Below are positions 1 through 10,765 of a stretch of 64,000 bases of DNA, piece after piece. Position numbers and translations under genes: made by a program. This DNA is from Anthoceros angustus (taxonomy: Eukaryota; Plantae; Anthocerotophyta): NCBI GenBank assembly GCA_010909165.1, contig VJWM01000259.1:62001-126000 (forward strand). Reading direction: 5' to 3'. How positions within the stretch are numbered: position 1 is the first letter of the stretch; the number at the start of each line of letters is the position of its first letter. The notes beneath the pieces were generated by a model that was not told where the DNA came from, did no database searches, and was given only the letters and a program-made list of their open reading frames with translations.

Positions 1-747
1 TCCTCTTCAGGCGCGCCTTGGGTAGTCGCCCTTCACCTTTTACTCTCACCTCCTTCAGCTCGCCATGTTTGCTTGCTCTCCCGCACCCTTTGGCGCGCTC
101 CTCGTTTGGCTCTCCACGCTCCTGTTGGATGTCTTCTTTTTCCTTCGCCTCGGTGGGGTTTCTCTCTTTCGCGCGCGCCTTTCTCGAGGCGATGGCGGCG
201 ATGCGATGGCGATTTCTCTCCTTCCTTCTTCTCCTTCTCCGCTCCCAACTCCAGTCCGAAGTGGAAGGGGCGCCGCACTTTGCCCTCCTTGGATATACAC
301 CCAGGCACAACCCTAGATTGGGTTCATCATTCCAAAATCCTAATTCTATCTAAACTACCTATTTTCCTACTATGCTATCCCTAATTACTTCTAATTAATC
401 CTATTTATTCCCTATTGGTGAGCATATATAGTGGATATCCCCTATATTCATTGCTTTTGCGAGATTAGTCAACCTACCGCGGTGATACTTGACCGTGATG
501 GTGCTGCTTCTTCTCAGCCTACGGCGTGGTGTGTGCGACCTACGGTGATACCGACCCAACCTTTGACTGCCCTCACGCCTCGTCGGGGTCATTTGACCGT
601 TCTTCTTCTGGGATATCCTTCTTCCTAACAATATCCTACAACTCCGGCTTGATTCTCGAAAATTTTCAGCATGCTCCTCTTCAATCGTTTCTAGCAAAAA
701 AAATCAAACATTATCTTGGGCTCTTTTGGGCTGTTGCCCAACTTTCC
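1..747 (-). mobile_element. 5' portion of a family-A LTR, inverted orientation, truncated by window edge
   Basis: Reverse complement of the LTR start seen at 3577-4300 and 30403 onward (...GGGCTGTTGCCCAACTTT; GAGCATATATAGTGGATATCCCC; ACCCTAGATTGGGTTCATCATTCCAAAATCCTAA). Terminal TG is not preserved. Confidence 0.85.
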
Positions 748-3563
748 GGTAAGGATCAAGCAATACAGTGAATCCCAAGTATTCCATGGTTGTTAAGATC
801 GGCTCGATCAATATTTGAGAGGCGGGGAGTAATCACCGGTGCTCAGCGAGTGGGTCGCACCATTGTGATTGTCAGAAAGCGGCGGGGAAAGGTTCGGGAT
901 GCGATTTGAGCTCAATAACAGAAGAAGGATCATCACCCTTTACCTTTCATGGACGTGTCTTGGACACGATGGCGACATGAGATGTACGATTTTCTTGGGA
1001 GGTATTTCGGTACAATCAAATTTCGCTACGGAAGGAGGATCGGACAAGACAACATTCACGATTGGGGAACTTGCTATTGAAGCTCCCTTTCGGGTTGTGC
1101 AATGCCCGCCACTTTCCAGTAGCGTGGTGAAGCGATATTCGAGATTTCGAGAAGTTCATGGAGGTATTCTGGATGATTTTTGCGTGTTTGGGAGAGGCAT
1201 TTAGACCATTTGAGGCAATGTTTTGAATGCGAGAGTCAACATGAAACTTCATCCAGGAAGTGTTATTTTATGACGGAGGCATTTTGTTAGCACATCGAGT
1301 CTCATGAGGATTACGGTAGATAAGGAGGTAGCGGTGATATGAGATGGACCCAAAGCATGAGCGGTCGAGCTTTAGGACTAGTAGGTATTACGGGAGGTTC
1401 ATCAAGGATTTCGCCAAGAAGGCGGCCTTGTTGACACAATTGACCAAAAGGATACACCTTTGAATGGACGAGCAGGGAGGCTTTTGATTGAAGGACGCTT
1501 GGTGAGCGCGCGTACAACCGCCGGATTGGAGAAACCGTTTCATGTATCGTGGATGTGTCCGCTTATGCCATTGGGACCGTCTTAAGCAAGAAGAAAGCGG
1601 GATCATCCGATTTTCTATGGCGACTCACGGATCTGAAAAGAACTACTCAACCACGGGCGGGAGGGTCTTGGTATCATTTACTCTGTAAGTTTAGACACTA
1701 TCGCTTGCAAGGTGACGTTCATGTTGACCATTTTGCGTTGAAGTATCTTGTCAACAAGCGGTTGTCGGGAAGGATTGCCGGATGGGTACTCTGCTGCAAG
1801 AGTTTGACTATACGTAGAAACTAGGCCGGAAACAAAACTTTCATTTCTCGTCTGGCGGAGGCGACTTGGCCACGATGAGATTTCTGACGAGGAGTTGGTT
1901 GCCACAGGTCGAAGGAGGACGTGAGCATGTTGTAGACGGCCTAAGAATTGATCAGCAAGTCTTGTTGCAGAGGCCAAATGAGCAAGAAGGGGCGTTGTGC
2001 GAAAAGCTGGACAATCTGGAAATCGAGAGAGGATAGGGGCGGCATGGCGAGGAGGAGGCTGAATGCTCCTCAAGGGTGAGAGGCTGTCAGGGAGGGCTGC
2101 AAGTGGAAACGTTGGCGGGAAGGACATCCCGCGGCAACAGAAGGAAAACAGGAGAAGGAGATGCTTCATGGGAAATCACTCAAAACATGGTGCGGAAGGC
2201 GAGGAGGTCGCCATGGGGGCACAGGACCTAGCACGGGGAGGAGGAATGGAAGAAATCGGGTTTGTGAGGAGGACATGCACGCGAGGAAAGGAATGGCGAA
2301 GCGAGGAGGCATGGATTTGGATGGATCCACGCCACGGGCTACTACGGACCCAGCAGGAGGCGTAGTGCTGGAAGGAGGAGATTAGAGCGTGAGGGCGTTC
2401 ATGCCCAAGATATTTGATGGTGAAGTACGCAATTCACGGAGCATGGAATCATGCGGATGGTTGTCAGGAGAGGCGGGCTTTCTCCATAAAGCCTCGCCTA
2501 TTGAGGAAGGCATCACAACAAGCTTGGGCGGACGAGAGATCCGAGGTGTCTCGAGTTGAAGGGCTGCACTCGTCACGGAGGCACTACATGCGAGAGGCGG
2601 TGGACACTATTGTGCAATGGCCGTTAAGAAGATTTTGAATGCAGGTTGGTGGGCTCGATGCAAAAGGATGTGTGGGAGTTCACTCGGAGGTGTGATGCGT
2701 GTCGGAGGGTTGGGCGGCCTCGTTGTCGACACAATGGCCTCTTACCTACATCTTACCCACCGTTCGAGTGGGGAATCGATTTCGTGGGGCGATCAAACCA
2801 CCAACGCAATGGACGAGAAGCGGTACATTTTGGTGGCTACGGATTATTACGAAGATGGTGGAGGCGGCGAGGAAGGGCGCCTGCGGTGGCCAAGTTTTTA
2901 TTCGAGAACATCATAAGCATGGTGTCCTTTAGAGTTGGTCGTGTGGGGACACATTTCCTCAACTCGTCGTTGAGTCCCTAACCACCTACTTCAACATTCG
3001 GCATCGAAACGACCCCTACAACCCCAAAGGCGAATGGATTGACGGAGAAGACGAATGGGTTGCTGCACAATCCTCACCAAGGTAGCAGCACACATGTATG
3101 ATTGGGATGCTAAGTTGCATTCGGCAGACTCTGAGGACGCGGAGAAGGTAACCACCAAGAAGACCCCTTATTATCTAACATATGGCATGTCACCTGTGAT
3201 GCGTGGAATTTGAAGTACCTACCCTACGGGATCATGGAGGATGAGCATGGTGTAGAGGATAGCGAGGTAGACTAGAGCAGAAGAACGTAGGGAGGATGCT
3301 TTAGAAGAAACCCGGATTCGGAACTCGGGAACGGCATGATGGGAGGTTGAGGCAAGACTATCGTGGGCGGGATTTGGTTCTTCTATATGATGATACCTAG
3401 ACTTTCCGGAAGCTTAGATTGAGATGGATGGGACCTTGAGGTGGTAGCTGTATGAGAATGGATCATGCAACTCACGGGTATTGGGCGTGTGCCGACCCGG
3501 AGTGAATGGGTGGAAGGTTAGAAGTACCTTCAACCGAGGTACTGTTGTTTGCGAGGGCAAAGC
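748..3563 (+). pseudogene. pol: Ty3/gypsy (Athila-like) pol remnant: RT, RNase H, integrase; heavily frameshifted
   Basis: Piecewise translation gives RIKQY..NP, KKDHHPLPFMD, DKTTFT, (F)MEV(F)LDDF (about 1158-1180), DVSAYAIGTVL, HVDHFALKYLVNK, EWGIDFVG, YILVATDY and VNGWKVRKY. Domain order is RT-RH-IN. Confidence 0.9.
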
Positions 3564-3576
3564 GGTGAGGGGAGTA
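3564..3576 (+). promoter_or_regulatory. Polypurine tract (PPT) of family A
   Basis: GGTGAGGGGAGTA directly between the integrase C-terminus and TGTGGA, the LTR start. The same motif occurs at 30390 and 37527. Confidence 0.8.
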
Positions 3577-4390
3577 TGTGGAGCAAAAGTTTGGGCAACC
3601 AGCAAAAGCCAAAAACGAACAAGTTTGATTTTTTGGCTGAGCGATTGAAGAACATGCGAAAATTTAGAATCTTGAAGTGTTGGGATATATTGTTAGGAAG
3701 GCGAGGATATCCGGAAGAAGAAGAGCGAAGCGACCCCAGACGGAGGCGGTCGAAGGTTGGTTGGCGGACTACACCGTCGCCACACCTCGGATGAGAAGGA
3801 GCGGACTACCATGTGGCGGACTCGTGGTGAATCTCGGGAAAAGGAATTAGAATAAGGGGATATCCACTATATATGCTCACCAATAGGGAATAAATATATA
3901 AGTAATTAGAGCGGTTAATTAGGGATAGCAGGCGATAGGAAAATAGGTTTAGATAATTAGGATTTTGGAATGATGAATCTAGGGTTGTGCGCGTGTGGCA
4001 TCCAAGAGGCAAAGTGCGGTTTGGACTTCTCCTTGAGGGCGAGGTGGCGTTGAGCGTAAAGCAAGGAAGAGCGCCATCGCTGCAAGAGGCGCCGCCATGC
4101 GAGCAAGGAGGGAGGCGCTGAGCCATCGAGAGGAGAAAAGCCGGCGAGGCGGAGAAGGAAAGGAGGCGGCAGGGGCTGCACAGCCTGAGCCCGGAAGAGG
4201 TGTGAGAGCGCCAAGGCAAGCACTTGGAAGGAAGGGTGAAGGCGGAAGGCGTTGGGGAGGCGGCGCACCTGGAGAGGAACGGGGAGGAGGTGCCGGTGAA
4301 AGGGCAGGCAGCTAACGTGTGCAGGGTGAAGTGTGTTTACCCAAGGAGAGTGTTTGGAGAGAAGCTTGGGAGCACTTTGGTTGGAAGTAC
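3577..4390 (+). mobile_element. 3' LTR of family A, truncated after about 0.8 kb
   Basis: Starts TGTGGAGCAAAAGTTTGGGCAACCAGC after the PPT. Aligns by eye with 5543-6550, then diverges into unrelated AT-rich sequence. The end point is approximate. Confidence 0.8.
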
Positions 4391-4837
4391 TTAGAGATGG
4401 CGACTCAATAGCACTATATTGATAAAGGCTAAATGTAGAAAGGAGAGCTTTTTTAGCATAAATGATATCTTGTACTCTATCTCCGACTTAGACAAAGGGC
4501 TTCAATGAGACAACATACTTGTGCCTCTAAAACATCAACTGAGGAGAATTGAGGTCAAACTCCTCCCGAATGTAAGAAGATTTGATTTGATGTTGTTTCT
4601 TCTTCTTGAAGCCTTGATCTTCCTCCTAAATTTTTGTCCGCTGGATTAAAGGAATCCATGGAGGCGATAAGAAATTGATGCACAATGTGTGCATCATTGT
4701 GCGCTGGTCACCGATGATTGTCGAAGGCGAAATCTCCACCGCATTATCTTCATTTGAAGTACTACAAACGCAAAAGCATTGGAGAGTAAATTGCCTAGAG
4801 CATAAGGAAGGAGGTGCTCAAGCACAAAGAGCTAAAT

Positions 4838-4848
4838 GCTCGATACCA
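4838..4848 (-). promoter_or_regulatory. Primer-binding site for tRNA-iMet (one base short of TGGTATCAGAGC)
   Basis: The minus strand reads TGGTATCGAGC immediately after the CA end of the short LTR at 4849-5097. Confidence 0.65.
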
Positions 4849-5097
4849 TGATGAGAATCAATAGCTCTTAGATAGAAGAGAAACAATGGAATGAATTGAT
4901 TAATGAGTAAAGTACAAGCCTTTAAATAGGGTGGTTGGGTGGTTACAACAATATGTTGTTGTAACCATAAGTAGTTGCAACCATAAGTTGTTGCAACTAT
5001 AAGTTGTTGTAACAACTAACTACCCAAAGCCCTAGCTCTAAATTAATGTTTGAGTACTAGGCCTTAATGAATAGTGCCCTTGTTACCTATTTCATCA
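4849..5097 (-). mobile_element. Short (249 bp) LTR of a third retrotransposon family (C)
   Basis: Termini TGATGA...TCATCA form a 6-bp inverted repeat. It has an internal CCTATTTAAAGG TATA-like box on the minus strand, a Met PBS downstream and the purine tract GGATGGAGAAGGGG upstream. Confidence 0.6.
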
Positions 5098-5542
5098 CCC
5101 CTTCTCCATCCGACGAACCGTCTTCCTTCCTCTCCCTCAAACAGCTTTTCCTTCCTCTCCTTCTCGAGAGGGTTAAGCTGCCCTGCAGCACGAAATTGAG
5201 GCATTAAACTTCGCCCTCGGCAAGAGCCCCTCGCCGGCCGTTGTTTGCCTTTTCTCCTGAGGAACTTTGGCAAGAGCGGCTCTTCCACCTTGGTTTTCCG
5301 CTTTAGCCTTTCCAAGTGTTTCGAGGAGTGGAAGAGATTATTTCCTAGTTCCAAATACAGCAACCTCAGTTTCGCTCCCAAGTGCTTTCTCCTCTCCAAC
5401 CAGCGCTTAGGGCCCAAACAAACACCACGGGCAATTCGTCGGCTCACCACGAAATCGCTTCCTCTCGCTTTCCCCTTCCAAGGAGTCTGCAACCCACTCG
5501 CGCCTTAAGCAAGCTCCACTGCCACTGGCTACCTTTGGTGCT
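5098..5542 (-). pseudogene. Possible integrase C-terminal remnant of family C, ending in a PPT
   Basis: ORF 5064-5492 contains YLELGNNLFHSSKHL, loosely like the gypsy IN tail Y.LEL...FH.S.L. It ends in a purine run adjacent to the LTR. The similarity is weak. Confidence 0.3.
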
Positions 5543-6575
5543 CCAGGAACGAAAAGTTGGGCAACCAGCCCAAAGCCAAGACAACAAGTTTGATTTTTTT
5601 GGCTAAGAACGATTGAAGAGGAGCATGCCGTAAAAATTTTCTCGAGAATCTTGAAGTCGGAGTTGTAAAATATTGTTAGGAAGGCGAAAAGGATATCCCG
5701 TGAAGAAAACGGTCAAACGACCCCTGCATTTTGCGAGGCGTGAAGGGCCCAAAAGGATGGTAGGTCGACACACCGTAGGTCGCCACACCACGTAGGCAGT
5801 AGGGGAAGCGCATCATGTAAGTCGCGCGACTACCAGAGGTTGCCCAATCTCGCCAAAAAGGAATTTAGAATAGAGGGGGATATCCACTATATATGCTCAT
5901 CAATAGGGAATAAATATATCAAATGATTAGCCATTAGGAATAGCGTGATAGGAAAAAGGTAGCTTAGATAGAATTAGGATTTTGGAATGATGAACCCAAT
6001 CTAGGGTTGTGCACCGCGTACATCCAAAGAAGGCAAAGTGCGCTTTGGGCGGCCTCCACTTCGCAAGAGCTAGAACGGAGCCGGAGTTGGAGCGTAAGGC
6101 GCGGGAAGGAAGGCTACCATCATCGCCACGGCAAGAGAAGCCGCCATCAGCGAGCAAGCCGAGGCTAAGACCGCGCATCCCATCGAGGAAGAACCAGACC
6201 CAACAGCGTGGCACGGGAGACCGGTGGAAGGAAGAAAGCGCGGAGTGCCGCGAACGAGAAAGGGAGCTCTCCACGCGCCCCAAGCCACTGGAGGAGGAAG
6301 TGCGAAGCGAGAGCCAAGGAGGCGGAGCACCTGAGGTGCTGTGGCTGTGGAATTGAGAGCAGGAAGGGTGTTGTGAATAATTGGTGGCAGCGCTCTACCC
6401 TGGAGGAAGGACCACGGAGAGGAGGTTGGTAGCAGCTGGAAAATTCAAACCAGGGCTAACGTGTGCTGCAGAGGGAGTGTGTTGCCACAACAAGGAGGCT
6501 GAGCAGCGGAATTTTGAAGACCTCAAATTGGAGAGTAATTTCCTTCCTTGTAAGCTTGGGAAGAAGAACGCCACC

Positions 6576-8790
6576 ATGCCTCGAGGGAAAGGCAAGGGAA
6601 GGAGCCACAAGGGCTCTTCCTCGAGGAGGAAGGAAGAAGGCAGCTCGCGCCACCGTGAGGGGGTGAGGTCGAGATGCCTCAATTCACTTGCTTTGGGCAC
6701 CAACCCCGTGATTTGGTTGATTTCAGGGCGTAAGAAGATAGAACATCCAATTGGGATGGGTGTATGGCCGCCAATGGGCCTACACCAATTTGGAATTGAT
6801 TGAGGAGTGTTACATCAACCTCCATCAATCGAGGCGCCTTGCCGCTGCTACGAAAGGAATGCTCGAACGGATCCTCACGCCGGACCGTAAGGAGCATTCG
6901 ACAGTGTATGGAAGACCGGAGGAAGAGAGCTCGAATTGCTCTCTCGAAAGGTCAATGGAGGAAGAGGATTGCCCTCCGATATTCCGCAAGAGTCCTCGAC
7001 ATGATGGATGGAGGAGTGAAGGCCCACGCCAAGAATGGCTGGAAGACCGAGAGCATCAAGGAGTCAAGTGGAGGCTCTTGCAAAGATTGTGTTGGTTGGT
7101 AAATTACCAACGACCTCTTATTTCACCAACTTCCTTTTTGTGGAAGATTTCAAGGGAGCCAAGCCGATTGGGGCACTATCATGTATGAGGCCTACATCCA
7201 CCACCGAGAGAAGCTCCTCAAGCCAAATTGTGGATGAGGAAGGCCAAGGCTGCTATCTTAGCACCTATTTGGTGCATTTATGGGAAACCGAGGGACTTCA
7301 CAAGCAAGGAGTTGAAGATGCATGGCATCCCTTCTGAGATCATCCATCTCCACCCAAGGTTGAAGGCCTTGCCTTGCATAAGGAAGACGGGGAGGTCGAC
7401 TCCACAAGCATGCAAGAGGAAGATGTGGAGGCAACAAAGTTGTTGGAGTGGGAATTTTTCCCCACAGTGAGCAAGCAGAGAAGAACAAGAAGGTCAAGAA
7501 GGGGGATGGTGGTCTATGAGAGGAGGACCACCATGTGAGCCCTGGGTGGGGAGTCCCCACCATCTCATTTGTGCCTAGTGAGAGGCACTCGGCACCTACT
7601 CCTAGGGAGGCACCACCCAAGGGGTGGGCATCAGGAATCACACCAGGTAGGCGACTACCGCAGGGAGCAGCCACCGGGTAGGCACCCCACGCCAGCAGCC
7701 CACGGTGGGGAAGGAAGGAAGGAGGCGAGTAGCGCCAAAGCCGCCACCATCTGCACTGGTGGGAGAGCGGATGGAGCGTGAGGGACTCAAGGCTGATGGC
7801 CCGAGCAGGGAGACTGGAAATTTCCAAGAAGAAAAGAGGGGTGGAATTAGGACCCCTAGGAGAATTGCCGGTGCTTGTGAAGCACTCACCTGTGGATTTG
7901 AAGGGGCTAGAGAGCTAGCAGCCTTGTGGGCATGCCAAGAGGAAGGAAGGCCCAAGACATGGCCGGAGGAAGGTGGACCAAATGGCAATTGGAGGCCATG
8001 GAGTCCGAGAAGGCAGCCAAGCCGAAAAGGTGTGGAGAAGCTCCACCGACTCAGGGACAAGGTGAGAAGGTCGAAGGTTGTCACAAACCAAGAAAAGAGC
8101 CATTCGGCAACAACCCAACGGGATTGGAGGCAAAGGTAAGAGCATTTTGCCCAATTAGAGCAAGAAGGAAGGCAAGGCCGAGGCTCTAGGAAGGGAGAAG
8201 GTCGTGGGACGATGAGAAAGTGTGATGGCTACTCAAGCCATCAAGATGGGACATGAAGAGGAATTGAGAAGGACCCGAATTTGGAAGAGAAGCGCTGGAG
8301 AGAAAGCACAAGACCAAGAATTTGAGCCGGAGCCGAAAAGATGCTTGGCAAGCGGAGAAGGAGGGGGCTTGCCAAGAATTAGGACAAAGGAGGTTCCAAG
8401 AGGAGGAGCACCACAAGAAGGTGGTACGTGATGGTGAGGAAGCGATTTTAAGATTATGCCCTTCAAAAAATTGCCAACCAAGGAAGCAAGGGAGGAGAAT
8501 GTGACCTCCATGTCAAGGTGGGGAATTGACCACTCAAGAGACGCCTACAAGGTAGGTGAAGATGGAGAGTGGCCCACGGAGATTGATGATCTCCAAATGC
8601 AATATCATAGCTTGGGGCTCACCTCCACAATAGATTTTGAAGGCCAACAATGAGACGGCTTGGCCAAGAGGAGGACATTGGGTCCTCATGATGATGATCA
8701 AGGAGCCGCAACAAGTGCAGCTGAAGGCCCGATTTTGATGAGGCCATCACGAAATGGACTCCGAGGAACTGAGTCGGGAGAGGAGGAGCC
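6576..8790 (+). pseudogene. Frameshifted accessory ORF inside the family-A LTR
   Basis: ATG in GCCACCATG context (also at 31454). Peptide blocks recur in three LTR copies: MPRGKGKGR, GWVYGRQWAYTNLELIEECYINLHQ, GVKAHAKNGWKTESIKE, DWGTIMYEAYIHHRE, CYLSTYLVHLWETEG. The 3' end is uncertain. Confidence 0.55.
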
Positions 8791-9738
8791 GGCACCAAAG
8801 GGTGGAGAGGGCGCGAGAGCAAGGAGGGGACAGCCCATCACCCTGGGGGTCACCTACCACTAGGTGACTACACCACGGTAGTCCGCCACTACCGTGGGAC
8901 AACACACACGCCGGTAGTCCGCGACCACCGGTAGGCAAGGGCCCACGGGCGCAGAGCTGGGAGTCAGCCGAGGCCCGGTGGAGGAGGAGGAGCCGGGGTC
9001 CAACATACCCCAGAGAGGGGTGGGAGACAACCCCACCGAGGAGACTAAGGACGGGTCCGACCCACGAGGAAGGGGAGGAGAAGTTCTCACCTGGATAAGG
9101 GAGGAGCCGGCCGAGAGAGGAGACCAACGAAAAAGGCCGAGAGATTAGAAGGAGACCCGATGGTCAAATGGGGATGAAGACTCTTTGAATGCTCATGGTA
9201 GGTATGGACAAACCAAACAAGGCAAAGAGCAATGGAGATCTTGACCAAGAAGCCCGAATCGAGGTTAGAATAGGAGGAAGAGGATGAGAAGAAGGAGATA
9301 GACCGACTACCATGGTAGGTCACCACCGTAGTCCGACTACCGCGTAGGTGTGGATGAACGAGGCGCGATCACCATGGAGACCGGGGATCAAGGCGTGGAG
9401 GAAGGGGCGGATTGTACTTGCCCCACACATTAGGGAAGGCGACAAGATCCGGGAAGGGACAGAGCAAAAGGAGGGCGAGGGAGCCAATCAAGGACATGTC
9501 ACCACCCCAAAAGAAGATAAGGACTAGAATGGTCAATGACCATAAATGAGCTTGGGGAATGGAAGGATAGGTGGTGTAGATAACATCCTAAAGGATGGTC
9601 TTAGGTGAAGTTACTAGAATAGAATTTACCAATCGCATATAGATTTAGGTGCCGCATTAAATGTCATGTAGGAAATAATAGAAATTGGAAAAGGTGACCG
9701 CAGAGGGTCACCTAAGGGAGGTTGTATGTGGAAGGCCT

Positions 9739-9749
9739 CCTATAAGAGG
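9739..9749 (+). promoter_or_regulatory. Candidate TATA box of the family-A LTR promoter
   Basis: CCTATAAGAGG lies about 830 bp upstream of the LTR 3' end and is conserved at about 20930 and 35127. The call rests on position and motif only. Confidence 0.35.
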
Positions 9750-10574
9750 AGGAGGATTTCAAAGTAAAGTATCACGCCTTGCGCCCACCTCATCGAGTCC
9801 TTTGCCATTACAGAGGAATTTCGCACCGTGAGCCAACGCAGTCCGGTAGAGAGAGGAAGTCGCGTGGTCTGAGTGTTGGTGGAGGACTTGCTCGCAAGTG
9901 CCTAAACGAGTTGCTCCCTTGTGAATGGTTGTTGTGAAATTGCTTTGCTTTGGGTGTGTGGCAAATGCCAGAACTCTGAGGGTAGACTACAGGAAAGACT
10001 CTCGTGGGTCCGTGGTGTCAAACTCATAGCAACCGCCCAAGGAAGAACTTGCTGGTGGAGGCCGACCCTGTGCAGCCAGTAAGGGCGAGTCAAGCCAAGA
10101 AGCCCGAATCGAGGTTAGAATAGGAGGAAGAGGATGAGAAGATGAGGAGATGAGAAGATGAGTAGAGGATTAGAGGTGTAGGTGTTAGTGGCCAGTGCAG
10201 AGCCTAAGGGACGAATCCCAACTGCAAGTAAAAGAGCGCCCCGAGTGGAGAAGAGTGGTCTTAGAAGTAGGGACGAAATCGCGGTGGACTGGGGTCCCTG
10301 GCCCGTGATAGGCTCTTGTGAGGCAGACCCGCAATTGTTTTGTGTCGCTAGGTCGAGGATTGGCGATTTTTCTGAGCAAAAGGCAAGTGCAGAAGAGGGA
10401 GAGTAGAGGCGCCTTGCTTGTTTAGAAGGTCGAGAGTGTGTCAGCAGTAGCGACGGCATCACAAGACCTCGAACTTTCACACAAGTCTCATGGGACGAAA
10501 CCCAACGACAAGTGATAAGTGGGCCGCTTATAGTGGAGGACCTCGGGAGTGCCCCGGTTTTCCTACCACATTTT

Positions 10575-10590
10575 TGGCGCTGCCGGGACT
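10575..10590 (+). promoter_or_regulatory. Primer-binding site, tRNA-Asp (Athila) type, degenerate
   Basis: TGGCGCTGCCGGGACT after CCACA-TTTT. It resembles TGGCGCCGTTGCCGGGGA, the complement of the plant tRNA-Asp 3' end used by Athila elements. Confidence 0.75.
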
Positions 10591-10765
10591 TGTTGAAGTT
10601 TGAAGTTTTGTGGTTTCCATCGCTAGGCTGCATAGTGTTTTTCAAAGGGACCGAGAGTCACCATAGGGGTGAGAAGAAGGAATTCGCGCCTAAGTTGTCA
10701 TAGGGGTGACCGTTGAGACACTAAACGGGTGTGATTTGCTTTCTTAACACCGTGGGTTGGAGGAC

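Larger units (their letters stand above)
5543..10570 (+). mobile_element. Complete 5' LTR of family A (about 5.0 kb), the least scrambled copy
   Basis: Begins (CCA)GGAACGAAAAGTTGGGCAACCAGCCC, the same as the PPT-preceded starts. Ends ...TTTTCCTACCACA, followed by TTTT and the PBS. The consensus termini TGTGG...CCACA are inverted. Confidence 0.8.

Noticed and set aside
5875-5925. GATATCCACTATATATGC...AATAAATATA block as the element's TATA promoter
   Set aside because: It is conserved in all LTR copies but lies about 4.6 kb from the LTR 3' end. It could drive the LTR ORF, but direction and function cannot be supported from sequence alone.
6576-8790. Calling the LTR ORF a bona fide env
   Set aside because: No signal peptide or transmembrane helix is evident in the readable pieces; the similarity to accessory ORFs is from recalled motifs only.
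10575-10590. tRNA gene
   Set aside because: Only about 15 nt are complementary to a tRNA 3' end (a PBS); no cloverleaf is present.
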